Positions 9,251 through 20,210 are shown, counted from the first letter of the stretch. The stretch: 64,000 bases of DNA from an uncultured Phycisphaerales bacterium (GCA_938084645.1 CALKEP010000002.1:1-64000), one strand, 5' to 3'. Numbers and translations: made by a program. Notes: generated from the letters alone by a model not told the origin.

Positions 9251-9913
9251 TCAGGCTTCGACCACGGGATTCCGAAGGGTCCCCAGGCCGTCGATCTCGA
9301 TCTCCACCACGTCGCCTTCCCGAAGGAACCGCGGCGGCGTCATGCCCGCCCCCACGCCGGCCGGCGTTCCCGTGAGCACGATCGTTCCCGCCGCGAGCGT
9401 GGTGCCCCTCGTGAGTTCGACGAGCAGCTCGGCGACGGAGAACATCATCTCGCGCGTGTTCGAGGACTGGACCGTCTCGCCGTTCAAGCGGGTGCGGATT
9501 CCGAGATCCTGCGGATCGGAGATCGCCTCGGCCGGATGCAGCGGACCGAGCGGGCAGAAGGTGTCGAAGCTCTTGCCTCGGCAGAACTGACCACCCGACC
9601 CGTGCTTCTGCCACCATCGGGCGGTGACGTCGTTGGCGATTCGATAGCCACCGACATGATCGAAGACCGAGTCACCGTCGAGATCCTTCGCATCACGCCC
9701 GAGCACCACCGCGAGCTCCGCTTCCCAATCCACCTGCGGACCATGCTCGCCGCAGACCGGGGGCACGACGATCGGCTCGCCCGCGGCGATCACCGACGCC
9801 GGATTCTTGAAGAAGACCATCGGCCGTTCGGGGCGGGCGTTTCCAAGTTCCGCCGCGTGATCGGCGTAGTTCCGGCCGATGCACCAGATCGCGGGCGGAC
9901 GATCCGGACTCAC
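9251..9913 (-). CDS. Fumarylacetoacetate hydrolase family protein
   Basis: CIGRNYADH, DWEAEL, NDVTAR, GKSFDTFCP, TGTPAGVG motifs. Confidence 0.93.
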   Translation of the reverse strand: MSPDRPPAIWCIGRNYADHAAELGNARPERPMVFFKNPASVIAAGEPIVVPPVCGEHGPQVDWEAELAVVLGRDAKDLDGDSVFDHVGGYRIANDVTARWWQKHGSGGQFCRGKSFDTFCPLGPLHPAEAISDPQDLGIRTRLNGETVQSSNTREMMFSVAELLVELTRGTTLAAGTIVLTGTPAGVGAGMTPPRFLREGDVVEIEIDGLGTLRNPVVEA

Positions 9914-12123
9914 TTCTGCTCCGCCTCGGCGCCGATCACTTCCTCGCGACGCTGACCCTCGCGTGCCGCCGCCGCGGCGCGAAGCGATCGATACGCCTCC
10001 ATGCCGGGGGGCTCCTTGAACGCCTGTTCGAAACTCAGGGCGCTGGCGAGCGGGCTCCGGGCGAACTCCATCTCGAGCAGAGGCCGGACCTCGTCGTAGG
10101 CCATCCGCTTCTGGTCCTCGCCCGCCTTGGCGTAGATCTGCAATCGGTCGATCAGCGGAAGCGAGTCGTTGAGCAGGACCTCCTGGAAGATGTCCCGCAC
10201 GCTCGTCTCGAGGTCGCCGATCAGGTCCTTGATCCGACTCTCGCCGAACTTCGAGGTGTAGTCGCTGTCTTCGAGACTCTGGAAGTAGAGGGTGAGCTCG
10301 CCTGCGAACTTCACCGCATCCTCGAGGATCTCCGGCCGGTTGAGGAGGAGGCCTTCCCGGAATCCGCGACGCAGGGCCGCATAGACGTCGCTTCGGGCGA
10401 CCTCGGGCTGCATCTCGTACTCGCCCGTGGTCTGGTCCTTCACGAAGACCTCGATCGGCACGCTGTAGGCGGCGCTGGGGATGACGCCGCCCTCGCCGTA
10501 GAGCTCGTTCAGATACTCGTAGATCTCCTGCGCGTCCTCGTACTCGCCGGCCCGCCAGAGATCCCGGATCGCGTACTTCATGAAGTTCTCGTGGAAGTTC
10601 GCGAACGTGTCGCCACCGCCACCGCGTGAGTTGAAGTGCTTGCCGTAGAGCTCGCGGAAGTACCGGTCGATCGACCTGATCCAGCGGGAGTCGTTGAGAC
10701 GACCGGGGTTGTCGTTGCTGAAGGGATCCACGTTGAGGAGCCCGGACTTCGCGAGCGCCTGCATCGCCTGGAGCCAGATTCGATCGTTGTTCAGGACGTT
10801 GTACGCGTCCTCCGCGTCCTCATACCGCTTGGAGCCCCGCTCGGACCCCAGCTTGCCCCAGTAGAGCGCGTGTGCCTGGGGATGACGCCAGTCGATCGGT
10901 CCGATGTCCCGGGTGTACTCGTACATCACCTCGGGGTCCATGTTGTAGTCCTCGCGGAGCGCCTTCTTCCGAAGGAAGTTGACGAACTCGCGGACCTGAT
11001 CCATGCGGGCCGGATCGGCGAGCACCTGGTCGAAGGTCGCGTAGACCGGATCGTTCTTCGCGAAGGTCGCGTCGAGCCCGAGAATCTTGGCGTACGGAGA
11101 CTGCTTGACGGCGTTCCACTTTCCGATGTTCATCAGGAAGTCCCGATCGAGGGACATCTCGAAGCCGGAGCCGGTCCGATCGAGGGCTTCCCTGAGATCC
11201 TCGACCAGCTGCGCCGTCCCCGGCACGCGGGCGTCTGCCTCCTCGATGGACTCGGCGGCGTTGGCGATCGTCTCCATCCAGAGGACGCGATCCTCCGAGT
11301 TGAAGGGCGGCTTTCCGAGGAGGAAGTGCCACTCCTTCGCGTGCTCCCGCTTGTAGTGGAGATGGGCGTCGTCCGAGACCCCGTCCATCTTGTGGGCGAA
11401 CCAGAACGCCAGCTCCTTGTGGAGCACGACGTCGTTGGGGTTGTATCGAAGCCCCTCGTTTCGGACGAGGTTGATCCCGGCCTTCACCCAGTCCCAGCGC
11501 TCCTCCGGGGTGTTGGTGAGCACCGAGATGTTGTAGGCCATGTTGTGGCCATGGAAACCCCAGACCTGGGAGAACCGCGGTTGAAGCTTGGTGATCAGGT
11601 CCGCGTCGCTCATGACCTCGTAGAACTGACCCTCCTCCTTCATCATGTTGACCTTGATCCACAGGTAGTCGACGATCAGGCCGCGGAGGGCGCCGATCGC
11701 GGTCCCGAGCGCCACGATCGGCGGCGCGCCATCGATCGAGGCGTCCGTGTACCGCAGTGCGTACCCGTCGATCCCGTCGACCCGGGCGGTCAGTTCCCGC
11801 GTCACCGCGCCGTCGCGATAGGCGATCTCCACCACGTCACCGACGTTTCCGCTCCAGTCGCGGGTCCCGGCGTCGAAGATGAACTCCACCGGTTCGTCTC
11901 CGGCGAAGGTCATGGTGGTCTCGATGGACCGGACCATGCTCGTGAAGACGTCGATCGCCTCGGACTCGTCGTTCGGCTCGCCCGTCGTGGGATCGACGGT
12001 GGTGAGCATCAGATGCTCCTGGCCCGCCTTCTCCACGATGGTGGGGAGAATCCGGCCGGCGCCGAAGACCGCGATGACCGCGAAGGCCAGCGCGACGATC
12101 TGGATGATTCGGTCTTTGCTCAT
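9910..12123 (-). CDS. Large membrane-anchored/exported hypothetical protein
   Basis: N-terminal TM, GALRGLIVDYLW and HNMAYNISV segments, helical remainder; downstream of the ABC permease. Confidence 0.75.
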   Translation of the reverse strand: MSKDRIIQIVALAFAVIAVFGAGRILPTIVEKAGQEHLMLTTVDPTTGEPNDESEAIDVFTSMVRSIETTMTFAGDEPVEFIFDAGTRDWSGNVGDVVEIAYRDGAVTRELTARVDGIDGYALRYTDASIDGAPPIVALGTAIGALRGLIVDYLWIKVNMMKEEGQFYEVMSDADLITKLQPRFSQVWGFHGHNMAYNISVLTNTPEERWDWVKAGINLVRNEGLRYNPNDVVLHKELAFWFAHKMDGVSDDAHLHYKREHAKEWHFLLGKPPFNSEDRVLWMETIANAAESIEEADARVPGTAQLVEDLREALDRTGSGFEMSLDRDFLMNIGKWNAVKQSPYAKILGLDATFAKNDPVYATFDQVLADPARMDQVREFVNFLRKKALREDYNMDPEVMYEYTRDIGPIDWRHPQAHALYWGKLGSERGSKRYEDAEDAYNVLNNDRIWLQAMQALAKSGLLNVDPFSNDNPGRLNDSRWIRSIDRYFRELYGKHFNSRGGGGDTFANFHENFMKYAIRDLWRAGEYEDAQEIYEYLNELYGEGGVIPSAAYSVPIEVFVKDQTTGEYEMQPEVARSDVYAALRRGFREGLLLNRPEILEDAVKFAGELTLYFQSLEDSDYTSKFGESRIKDLIGDLETSVRDIFQEVLLNDSLPLIDRLQIYAKAGEDQKRMAYDEVRPLLEMEFARSPLASALSFEQAFKEPPGMEAYRSLRAAAAAREGQRREEVIGAEAEQK

Positions 12124-12208
12124 GAGGCGCGGTCGTTGGATTCGGGGGAAAGTGCCATTGGATTCGTGATACGGCCCGGTTCGACGGCCGGTTCGTGGGG
12201 ACGCGGGG

Positions 12209-14335
12209 TCAGCCGTGCCCGCTGTAGGTCGCGAGTTCGCGGCGGCGGAAGACCAGCAGACCGATCCCGAGGGCCATGCCGCACCAGAGGAGACCGATCA
12301 CCAGGAGATCGCGACCGACACCGGCCCAGGAGACGAGCCGTCCCTCCACGACCATCGAATTCGGACTCGCCTGACCGAACGGCTCCAGCAGCCAGGCGAC
12401 GCTTCCGGCGATCCAGCCGATCAGGATCTGCACCCACTGGATCAGGGCGATCGCGTCGGCGTCGGGCCTGAACAGGGTGACGCTGTTCCCGATGAACGAG
12501 GCCATCGAGCCACCGACGAAGACGGTGAAGGCCAGCAGCACCGCGACCGGGAAGCTCAGGAACGTCGCGGCGGAGACGCCGAGCATCGCGAGGAACGAGA
12601 GCTTGGTCCAGTTCACGACCATGGCTCGAAGGAAGTTCGACTCGAACGACGCCGCCTGCCACATGATCTCGACGTCCGTCGCGTCGAAGAAGAGCGTCGC
12701 CCCGTTCGAGAAGAATCGCCTGGTCGCGGCGCTCTGCTGGTTCACCGAGAAGCCGCCGTTCAGGATCTGGAGTCGGAGAATCCCGTCCTCGTCGACGAAA
12801 CTGGCGGGGACCAGCAGCCGGTGCCACTGCTCGGGCACGAACTCCTGGCCGACCTCCTCGCCCACGCTGGGAAAGCGGAAGACCACCGGGTATCGATCGA
12901 TGTTCTCGGAGCGACCGATGTGGAACAGGTATCGGAGGGTCAGATTCAGCCCCTCGTCGCGTGCGGCGTCGAGGCCCTCGAATTCGTAGACCCGCGCGTC
13001 GTATTCCTTGCCCTCCTCGAAACCGCCCGGTGCGATCATCCGCTGCTGATCGAGGTACTCCTTCCGAAGACGGCGCACGATCCTGCGAATGGTGTCCGCG
13101 TAGGACCGGATGCCGTCCTCGACCTCGCTCTTGAGCAGGAGATCGCTCTCGTACTCCGCGAGCGCCCGATCCCGGACCTGGTCCTCGGTCAGACGATCGA
13201 AGCTGGGATACACCCCCACCCGCGCGGTCAGCACCTCGTCGTGGACCTCGATCGACTGCATCGGATCGTCGGCCCGGGTGCTGAGGTATTGCGTGAAGGA
13301 GAAGATCGAGACGCCCCCGATCGCGAGCAGGATCAGGTTGAGGAGGACGAGCCCCAGCCACTTTCCAAGCATGTATTCGAGTCGGCCGAGCGGCTTCGTG
13401 ACGAGATGCCAGATCTGTCGATCGCGAACCTCGAAACTCACGGTCGCGCAGGCGAGCACCAGCGTCATGCACGCGGCGAGGGTGTACACCAGGGCCATCG
13501 AGTCGCTGAGGAAGTCCTGCAACTGGTACCGGACGGGGGCGTCGGGATCGATCCAGAGCGGGATCAGCGGGAGCGTGACCAGCATCAGCACGATGAACGC
13601 GAGCGAGATCCGCAGCCTGACGCTCTCCCGGACGAGGGTGTGCGCGACCGCGCAGATCCCCACCAGGCGCGACGGTCGACCGTGACGATTCGAGGTCGTA
13701 CGGGGCGAGCCGAGCGTGGACAGGACGAGCAGGAGCAGGCGGATCAGGAGCACGAAGGTGACGACCAGCACGCCGACCCCGAGGATCGACACGACCACGC
13801 CGCGGTAGCCCTGCCACCACGGGATCGCCGCGAGCGCGAACGTCCCGAGGAGGGTCACCAGGACCGGCAGGCTGATCTCGGTCCAGATCACGATCAGAAG
13901 CCAGCCGAGGACGAGCAGCCCGCCCCAGACCACGAACTCCGGCCGATCGATGACGAGCGTCGGGAGCCAGTCGGGAATCGTGGTCGCGATGAAGAGCGCC
14001 CCGAGTTCCGCGATCTGGGTGAGTCGTCCGGATTCCTCGTCGAAGAACTCGGAGATTCCGGCCTTGACCGACGGTCCGCCGTAGGTCTCGCCGTCGATCA
14101 CGACTTCACCGGTGTCGATCAGCCGGGCCGCGACCGCGTCCATCTCGATGGAGTTGGCCTCCCGAAGGACTTCGACCACGTCGTCGAATCGAGTTCGCGC
14201 CGCGTCGGCCTCGAACCAGGTCTTCCCGAAGACCGCGCTCACCACGATGACCGCGAGGACCGAAAGGACGATCTTCGCCGTCGATCGGTGCTGGATCTCG
14301 TCGAGCACGCCCCAGATCTTCCGGATCGTCTTCAC
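12209..14335 (-). CDS. ABC-2-type permease with large extracytoplasmic insert and extra N-terminal TMs
   Basis: RQIWHLVTKPLGRLEYMLGKWLG motif, C-terminal FRRRELA; overlaps the ATPase stop. Confidence 0.85.
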   Translation of the reverse strand: MKTIRKIWGVLDEIQHRSTAKIVLSVLAVIVVSAVFGKTWFEADAARTRFDDVVEVLREANSIEMDAVAARLIDTGEVVIDGETYGGPSVKAGISEFFDEESGRLTQIAELGALFIATTIPDWLPTLVIDRPEFVVWGGLLVLGWLLIVIWTEISLPVLVTLLGTFALAAIPWWQGYRGVVVSILGVGVLVVTFVLLIRLLLLVLSTLGSPRTTSNRHGRPSRLVGICAVAHTLVRESVRLRISLAFIVLMLVTLPLIPLWIDPDAPVRYQLQDFLSDSMALVYTLAACMTLVLACATVSFEVRDRQIWHLVTKPLGRLEYMLGKWLGLVLLNLILLAIGGVSIFSFTQYLSTRADDPMQSIEVHDEVLTARVGVYPSFDRLTEDQVRDRALAEYESDLLLKSEVEDGIRSYADTIRRIVRRLRKEYLDQQRMIAPGGFEEGKEYDARVYEFEGLDAARDEGLNLTLRYLFHIGRSENIDRYPVVFRFPSVGEEVGQEFVPEQWHRLLVPASFVDEDGILRLQILNGGFSVNQQSAATRRFFSNGATLFFDATDVEIMWQAASFESNFLRAMVVNWTKLSFLAMLGVSAATFLSFPVAVLLAFTVFVGGSMASFIGNSVTLFRPDADAIALIQWVQILIGWIAGSVAWLLEPFGQASPNSMVVEGRLVSWAGVGRDLLVIGLLWCGMALGIGLLVFRRRELATYSGHG

Positions 14336-15576
14336 CGTGACGAACTCCGATCCTCGTCGTCGTCGCCTTCACCGCCGAGCAATCCGTCGATGACGGAGTT
14401 GTCGTGATCGTCGGGGGCATCCGGCACCTCGGTCACCGAGGCTTCGGGCAGCGTGGGCGCCTCGTCCCGAAGAAGTTCGTCGAGGACTTCCGCGGACTTC
14501 TCCGTCGATTCGGTGGTGGATCCCGCCTGCTTCTCGACCGATCGGACCTGATCAGGCGTCCGATCGGACTGAAGAGCGTCGAGCAGCGATTCGCCTTCTT
14601 CGGTCTCGACCGCCTCGTCCCGGGTGAGAAACGCCGCGGTCTCGCCACCCTGAAGGGCGCCGGAGGTGCCTGCCGCCTCCTCCTGGGCCTGTTCGACGAT
14701 CCCCATGAAGAGATCCTCGAGTCGCTGTCGCGGACGCTGCACCGAATCGATCGCGACACCACGCCGCCGGAGCACGCCTTCGATCTCGTCCACGGCGTCG
14801 GCGTCGAGGGTCGGGGTGCGGATGACGGTGTGTTGCGAATCCGCGAGGAGATCGCCGGTGCGACCTTCACCGCGGATCTTCCCGCCGTAGAGGATCACCA
14901 TTCGATCGCACACGTCTTCGACGTCCCCGAGCAGGTGCGAACTCAGCAGGATCGTGGTTCCCCGCCGCCCGAGTTCCAGGAGCAGATCCTTGACCTGACG
15001 GGTGCCGATGGGATCGAGCCCGGAGGTCGGCTCATCGAGGATGAGCAGCTCGGGATCGTTGATCAGCGCCTGGGCGAGCCCGAGTCGGCGACTCATCCCC
15101 TTCGAGTACTCGCCGACCGCTCGACGCTTGACCTGCGCGAGGCCGACCATGTCGAGAAGTTCGTCGATGCGACGCTTCCGCGTGCGGTGGTCGAGCCCGA
15201 AGATGCGACCGTAGTAGTCGAGGGTCTCACGGGCGTCGAGGAACCGGTAGAGGTAGGACTCCTCCGGGAGATAGCCGATCTTGCTCTTGATCGCGACGTC
15301 GGAGGGATCCCTTCCGAAGACGCTGAGCCGGCCCGACGACTTGTGGAGCAGGCCGAGGATCATCTTGATCGTGGTGCTCTTGCCCGATCCGTTCGGTCCG
15401 AGCAGGCCGAAGATCTCGTGCCGGTTGATCTCGAAGTCGATTCCGTCGACCGCACGGGCCTTCGCTCGCTTCCAGAAGTCGCTGAAGATCTTGGTGAGGC
15501 CCACCGCCTCGACGATCGGCTCGCCGATCGTCGGACGGGACGGATCCCGGTTCGTGAGCTCGTTCACCTGGTTCAT
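14332..15576 (-). CDS. ABC transporter ATP-binding protein with acidic C-terminal extension
   Basis: Walker A GPNGSGKS, signature YSKGM, Walker B LILDEP, H-loop SSH. Confidence 0.95.
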   Translation of the reverse strand: MNQVNELTNRDPSRPTIGEPIVEAVGLTKIFSDFWKRAKARAVDGIDFEINRHEIFGLLGPNGSGKSTTIKMILGLLHKSSGRLSVFGRDPSDVAIKSKIGYLPEESYLYRFLDARETLDYYGRIFGLDHRTRKRRIDELLDMVGLAQVKRRAVGEYSKGMSRRLGLAQALINDPELLILDEPTSGLDPIGTRQVKDLLLELGRRGTTILLSSHLLGDVEDVCDRMVILYGGKIRGEGRTGDLLADSQHTVIRTPTLDADAVDEIEGVLRRRGVAIDSVQRPRQRLEDLFMGIVEQAQEEAAGTSGALQGGETAAFLTRDEAVETEEGESLLDALQSDRTPDQVRSVEKQAGSTTESTEKSAEVLDELLRDEAPTLPEASVTEVPDAPDDHDNSVIDGLLGGEGDDDEDRSSSR

Positions 15577-17042
15577 TCGCCGCCTCCCTCGCGGCCGTAG
15601 CCGCCGCGGGCATCGCGGTTCAGACGACGACCGGACCGGTTGATGTTGATCTGCCGGCCACCGAGCTGCCAGTTGTTCACGTCGGCCAGTCCACGCATCG
15701 CGTCGACCTTCTTCGCATCAGACGCCGCGTTGCGACGCGCCGTCGACACGTCCATCGAGCTCTTCATGCGAAGCGCGAGTCCGCGGAGTCCCGGGGGCGT
15801 CGAGATCACTTCGACCTGCGGACCGCTGAGCACCTCGTTGTAGGCGTCGAGCCAGAGCTGGCGGACCAGCTGGTTCGGGTTCTCGCGGTAGGCGGGAACG
15901 AGGCTCATGAGGCGCCGGACGTCGGTGCCGACACTCGATTCGATCATGTACCGGAAGGCGCGGGCCTCGGTCATGGTCTTCGCCGCCTCGCCGCCGATCT
16001 CGTCGGACTCGAAGCGCTCTCCGATGCGGGCCAGGACGACCTCGGCCTCGACTTCGTCGCCGCGGCTGATCGCCGTCTCGTAGTCCCCGATGAGTTCGAT
16101 GAGCCCGGCCAGGGCACTCGCGCCCGCGGCGTCGTCGAGGATCGTGGTGCTCTCCCGCCGTGCGACCTCGACCGCGATCTTCGCACGCTCCCGCGCCGAC
16201 TGGACCTGTTGGACGCTGCGGCGGACCGCCAGCGGAGGCACGCGGTCGGTGACCGAGACCGTGGCGATGCGGATTCCGCTCTCGTTGGCGTTGAGGGAGT
16301 CCTGAGCCCGTCGGCGGATCTCGGAGACCGCCTCGTCACCCTCGATGAATCCCGCGAGGCTCATGGTCGCGGCGGTGTGGACCGTCGCCTGTTCGAGCAC
16401 CAGTTTCACGATCTCGTCCGCCTGTTCCGGCGTGAACCGGGTCAGGAACGAGACCGCGTCGTCGATCGAGTACTCCGCGGTCATCCGGCAGTGGGCGAGG
16501 TCGCCGCCTTCGAGGATGAGCGAGCCGTCGCCCTTGCCCTCGGGGCCGGGCCGGAGAGGACGGCTGGTCTCGGCGTTGGTCGTGGCCTCCTCGAGGGTCA
16601 GCGACTTCGAACCGAAGTTCGGCCAGAAGGACTGCTCGACCGAAACGGTCCGCTTGAGGGGGACCGTGATGATCTCCCCCACCGGGTACGGCCAGAACGG
16701 CTGCAATCCGGCGGAGATCTGAGCGTCGGAACCCTCCCCTTCGATCGCGCCGAAGAGCGTCCGGATCCCGGTGCGGTTCTCCTCGACGGTCTGGAAGCCG
16801 CTGAAGATGAAGACCACGCCGAGGGCCAGAATCGCGAGCTGGAGGACGCGGTAGCTGAGCCGCAGGGCCTCGGTCAGGCTCTGATTCGCCGGATCCATCG
16901 CATCGCGGAGGTCGGTCGCCGTCGCGGCGTCCGCGACGACGGTGAACTCCGCCGACTTCTCGCGACGCGGCGAGTCGTCCTCGGCGACGAGATCATCCTC
17001 TTCGCGAACCGGTTCGAATTCGTCGGGTCGTTCTTCGCTCAC
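15573..17042 (-). CDS. SPFH domain protein (HflK-like)
   Basis: TM then SGFQTVEEN...GLQPFWPYPVGE, SPFH core and coiled coil, YRENP..VRQLWL; GTG start overlaps the upstream stop. Confidence 0.8.
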   Translation of the reverse strand: MSEERPDEFEPVREEDDLVAEDDSPRREKSAEFTVVADAATATDLRDAMDPANQSLTEALRLSYRVLQLAILALGVVFIFSGFQTVEENRTGIRTLFGAIEGEGSDAQISAGLQPFWPYPVGEIITVPLKRTVSVEQSFWPNFGSKSLTLEEATTNAETSRPLRPGPEGKGDGSLILEGGDLAHCRMTAEYSIDDAVSFLTRFTPEQADEIVKLVLEQATVHTAATMSLAGFIEGDEAVSEIRRRAQDSLNANESGIRIATVSVTDRVPPLAVRRSVQQVQSARERAKIAVEVARRESTTILDDAAGASALAGLIELIGDYETAISRGDEVEAEVVLARIGERFESDEIGGEAAKTMTEARAFRYMIESSVGTDVRRLMSLVPAYRENPNQLVRQLWLDAYNEVLSGPQVEVISTPPGLRGLALRMKSSMDVSTARRNAASDAKKVDAMRGLADVNNWQLGGRQININRSGRRLNRDARGGYGREGGGE

Positions 17043-17983
17043 TGGCCCGCCTCCGAACCGGTCTCGACGTAGGTCGAAGAAGGCCGCGGAATCCCGTCGG
17101 CGGTGGTATCCGCCTCCAGGTCGATCAGATGGAAGGGCGCCTTCGTCATGTCGGTGACGAAGGTCGTCGAACCGCGAAGTCCCGATCGCAACGTCTCGAG
17201 CCAGGACAGGAAGATCGCGAGGTCCGCGTGCTCCCGCATCTGCTCGTAGTAGCGGGTCGCTTCTTCGTTGCCGCGGGCCTCGATCACCGCGGCCCACTGC
17301 TCCGCGAAGTCACGGATGATCTGGGCCTGGGCCTGCGCCTTCTGCTTGATGGTGTTCGCTTCGGAGTTGCCCCGGGACTCCTCGATGTTCGCGAGGGTCT
17401 CCTGCACGGCCGACATGCGTCGCATCACCGCGGTGGTGGTCTTGGGCGGGAACACCACCCGGCTGATCCCCACCGAGATCGGAACCACGCCGGTCAGCAC
17501 GTTCGCCGGGGACTGAACCTCCTCGAGGATCGCCCCTTCGGCTTCCGGAAGCTTGCTGCTGGGACCGATCAGCTCGTCGAACGCGTAGCCGCCGATCCGC
17601 CCGAGGCCGCCCTGGAGGAGCGTCTCGAGGTCACGCTGGGCGCCCGCGAGGGAGCCGTAGCTGTTGTAGAACGCCTTCGCCTCCTCGTCGTCCTCCCCCA
17701 CCTTCCAGAGCATGTACGCCTGGACCATCACCTGCTGTCCGTCCCGGGTCTGGACGGTCTTGATGGGCGACTTCACGAACTGCTGACGGGTGTCGAGTTT
17801 CGCGACGGAGTCGATGAAGAAGGGAAGTTTGAAGTGCAGTCCCGGCTCGCGGACGATGCCGGCCGGTCGGCCGAGCCTCGTCTTCACCGCGACTTCGTGG
17901 AAGTTCACGGTGAAGGTGGTGTTGAAGAGGATCAACACCAGGACGATCAGGATGGCGACGACGGCGGTGATGGTCTTGCTCAT
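17039..17983 (-). CDS. SPFH domain protein (HflC-like)
   Basis: TM, EPGLHFKLPFFIDSV, TRDG, coiled coil; weak alternative start at 18064. Confidence 0.85.
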   Translation of the reverse strand: MSKTITAVVAILIVLVLILFNTTFTVNFHEVAVKTRLGRPAGIVREPGLHFKLPFFIDSVAKLDTRQQFVKSPIKTVQTRDGQQVMVQAYMLWKVGEDDEEAKAFYNSYGSLAGAQRDLETLLQGGLGRIGGYAFDELIGPSSKLPEAEGAILEEVQSPANVLTGVVPISVGISRVVFPPKTTTAVMRRMSAVQETLANIEESRGNSEANTIKQKAQAQAQIIRDFAEQWAAVIEARGNEEATRYYEQMREHADLAIFLSWLETLRSGLRGSTTFVTDMTKAPFHLIDLEADTTADGIPRPSSTYVETGSEAGQ

Positions 17984-18050
17984 GGTTCGCTGCGCAGTTT
18001 CGCGTTGACGGGAACGCCGGGACCTCGAGGCCCCGGGTCGGACTTCGGGG

Positions 18051-20210
18051 TCAGTTGGATTCACCTGGCTTGTCGAGATACTCGCGGAGGTTCAGGCCGG
18101 TGTCGGGCTCCTGCATCTCCACGTCGAGATCGGTGCGGGCCGAGTCGACGGCCAGCACGTACTTGGATCGGACCTGCTGGAGCACCTCGGAGAGGACCTC
18201 CATGATCCGACGTTCGCGGTAGAGCTCGGGTGCCGCCTCGAAGGCCCCGACCTGCCCCCGCACCTCGTCGGTCTTGCGGCGGGCATCCATGTGGATCTGC
18301 CACCGGAGGCTCCGGACGCTCGCGATGAACGATGCGATCAGGCCCTGGCTGTCGCGAAGCATCCGCTCCGCCTCGACCCGGGCGTCGATCGTCGCCTCCG
18401 CATCAGGCCCCTCGGTACGGTCGAGCTCGCGGTACCGCTCGATGATCTCGACGATCCGCCGTGCCCGGTCGGCATCACCGACCATCCCCGCGAGGGCCGC
18501 GTTCGCGGTGCGGCGGGCCTCTTCGAGCGTCTTGCGGACGTTCTGGGTGTCGATCGCGAGCTCTTCGAACATGGACACCGAATCGCCCGGCGGACGGAGG
18601 GCCGGAATCGCGACCGAGACCACCTCGACGCCGGTGCGGGCGTCGTCGAAGGCGAGCTGGATGCGATTTCGCATCTCGGTGGGCAGGGCCGATCCCTGCG
18701 GCGAGAGGACGTCCTCGAGCGAGAGCTGCGAGAAGGTCTGGGTGACCACCCGGAGCGCGATGTCCTGCAGCGCGAGTTCACGCATGTCCAGCGGGCTTCG
18801 CTTCGGGCGGACGTCGTTGGAGAAGTTCAGAAAATCGATCAACGCACCCGCCTTGAGGCGGTAACGCAGGATGACGTCGACGTCGAGCAGGGCGAACTGG
18901 TTGGTCACCGCCTGGCGGCGCTCGTCCTGGTCGTCTTCCTCGCCACTGCGCCCGCTCGCCTCGTCGAGACGGCGCTGCGCGATCTCCAACTGGTCGACGG
19001 AACGCGTGACCTCGTCCGGAAGCGGATTGGCGGAGACGAGAAAGAGCTCGTTGATCGGCTCGGCGGCGGGATCCCAGAGATCGACTTCCTTGACCTCGCG
19101 CGGCACCCCGTTGAGGCTCAGTTCCTGGATTCTCGCCGCGTCCACGACCTCGACGGTCTCCAGGGGCCACGGAAGCTTGAACATCGTCGAGCCCTCGTAG
19201 ACCGAACCCACGATCCGCCCGCCCCGCAGGCGAACCGCCTGCTGACCGGGTTCGACGACCACCACCGAACTCAGGGCGATGAGGACCACGAGCCCGAACG
19301 CGAGCAGCCATGCGAAGCTGCGAAGCAGGAGCTGGTAGCCCCAGGAGCTGGTGATGTCGAAGCCGAACTGGTAGTTCACCGCCTCGTTGATCGAGCGAAC
19401 GATGGAGTCGGGCGCCGCGAAGAGGCTCAGGATCCTCGAGTCGAAGGCCGGCCGAGGGGTCTCGCCCGGACGTCGAGGGCGGTAGAGGTTGAGCACGAAG
19501 TTGAGGACGATCTCCGCCGCGATCAGCAGCATGTAGATCCCGAGTCCCCAGGTGATGCCCTCCAGCACCCCGTCGTTCTCGAAGAACTGGAACGCGATCC
19601 CGACCGCGACCGCGAGCAGCACCAGGGCGTTGCCGACCATGTGGCCCGCACCGCCGCGGAGGTTCGCCCAGGCCGGGCGGGCGGCCATGCCCGCGACGAA
19701 TCGCGAGAAGATGAACGCGAAGAGGGCGAGGGCCAGCGTGATCGCGAGCTGCCAACCGGGGTGCGGCCCCGGCGAGAACGACGCGACGTCGAGTTCGGGG
19801 TTGGTCTGCCAGTCGAACCACGCGAGGGTCCGCAGGCCGAACAGCACGAGAAGCCCGGCCACCAGCAGGCTGGCGATGGGCATCAGCCAGACGTGCATCA
19901 GGCGGAGGCGGCGTGCGGCGACGTCGGTCTCCCCTTCCTCGAAGATGCCCGCCGCGTCCTCGCCGCGAGCCGACGCGAGATCGTCCCGTTCCAACGCTTC
20001 GAGGCGTTCGAGCCGGTGCTGGTGGAAGATCACCACCAGGGCGATCCAGACCAGCGTCCCGACGAGAATCGGTTCGCTGGCCACCTGGAAGGCCGAGTCG
20101 TTGAAGATGAATCCGTACACCAGCATGATCAGGCCGATCACGGCCTGAAGCATGAATCCCATTCCGGCGACTCGGGTCGCCTGCTGGTACGCGAGATGGT
20201 CGGTTCTCAT
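18051..20210 (-). CDS. SPFH domain protein (HflK-like) fused to a multi-TM N-terminal domain
   Basis: About 7 hydrophobic helices, then SSVVVVEPGQQAVRLRGG...FKLPWPLE, coiled coil, APELYRER. Confidence 0.82.
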   Translation of the reverse strand: MRTDHLAYQQATRVAGMGFMLQAVIGLIMLVYGFIFNDSAFQVASEPILVGTLVWIALVVIFHQHRLERLEALERDDLASARGEDAAGIFEEGETDVAARRLRLMHVWLMPIASLLVAGLLVLFGLRTLAWFDWQTNPELDVASFSPGPHPGWQLAITLALALFAFIFSRFVAGMAARPAWANLRGGAGHMVGNALVLLAVAVGIAFQFFENDGVLEGITWGLGIYMLLIAAEIVLNFVLNLYRPRRPGETPRPAFDSRILSLFAAPDSIVRSINEAVNYQFGFDITSSWGYQLLLRSFAWLLAFGLVVLIALSSVVVVEPGQQAVRLRGGRIVGSVYEGSTMFKLPWPLETVEVVDAARIQELSLNGVPREVKEVDLWDPAAEPINELFLVSANPLPDEVTRSVDQLEIAQRRLDEASGRSGEEDDQDERRQAVTNQFALLDVDVILRYRLKAGALIDFLNFSNDVRPKRSPLDMRELALQDIALRVVTQTFSQLSLEDVLSPQGSALPTEMRNRIQLAFDDARTGVEVVSVAIPALRPPGDSVSMFEELAIDTQNVRKTLEEARRTANAALAGMVGDADRARRIVEIIERYRELDRTEGPDAEATIDARVEAERMLRDSQGLIASFIASVRSLRWQIHMDARRKTDEVRGQVGAFEAAPELYRERRIMEVLSEVLQQVRSKYVLAVDSARTDLDVEMQEPDTGLNLREYLDKPGESN

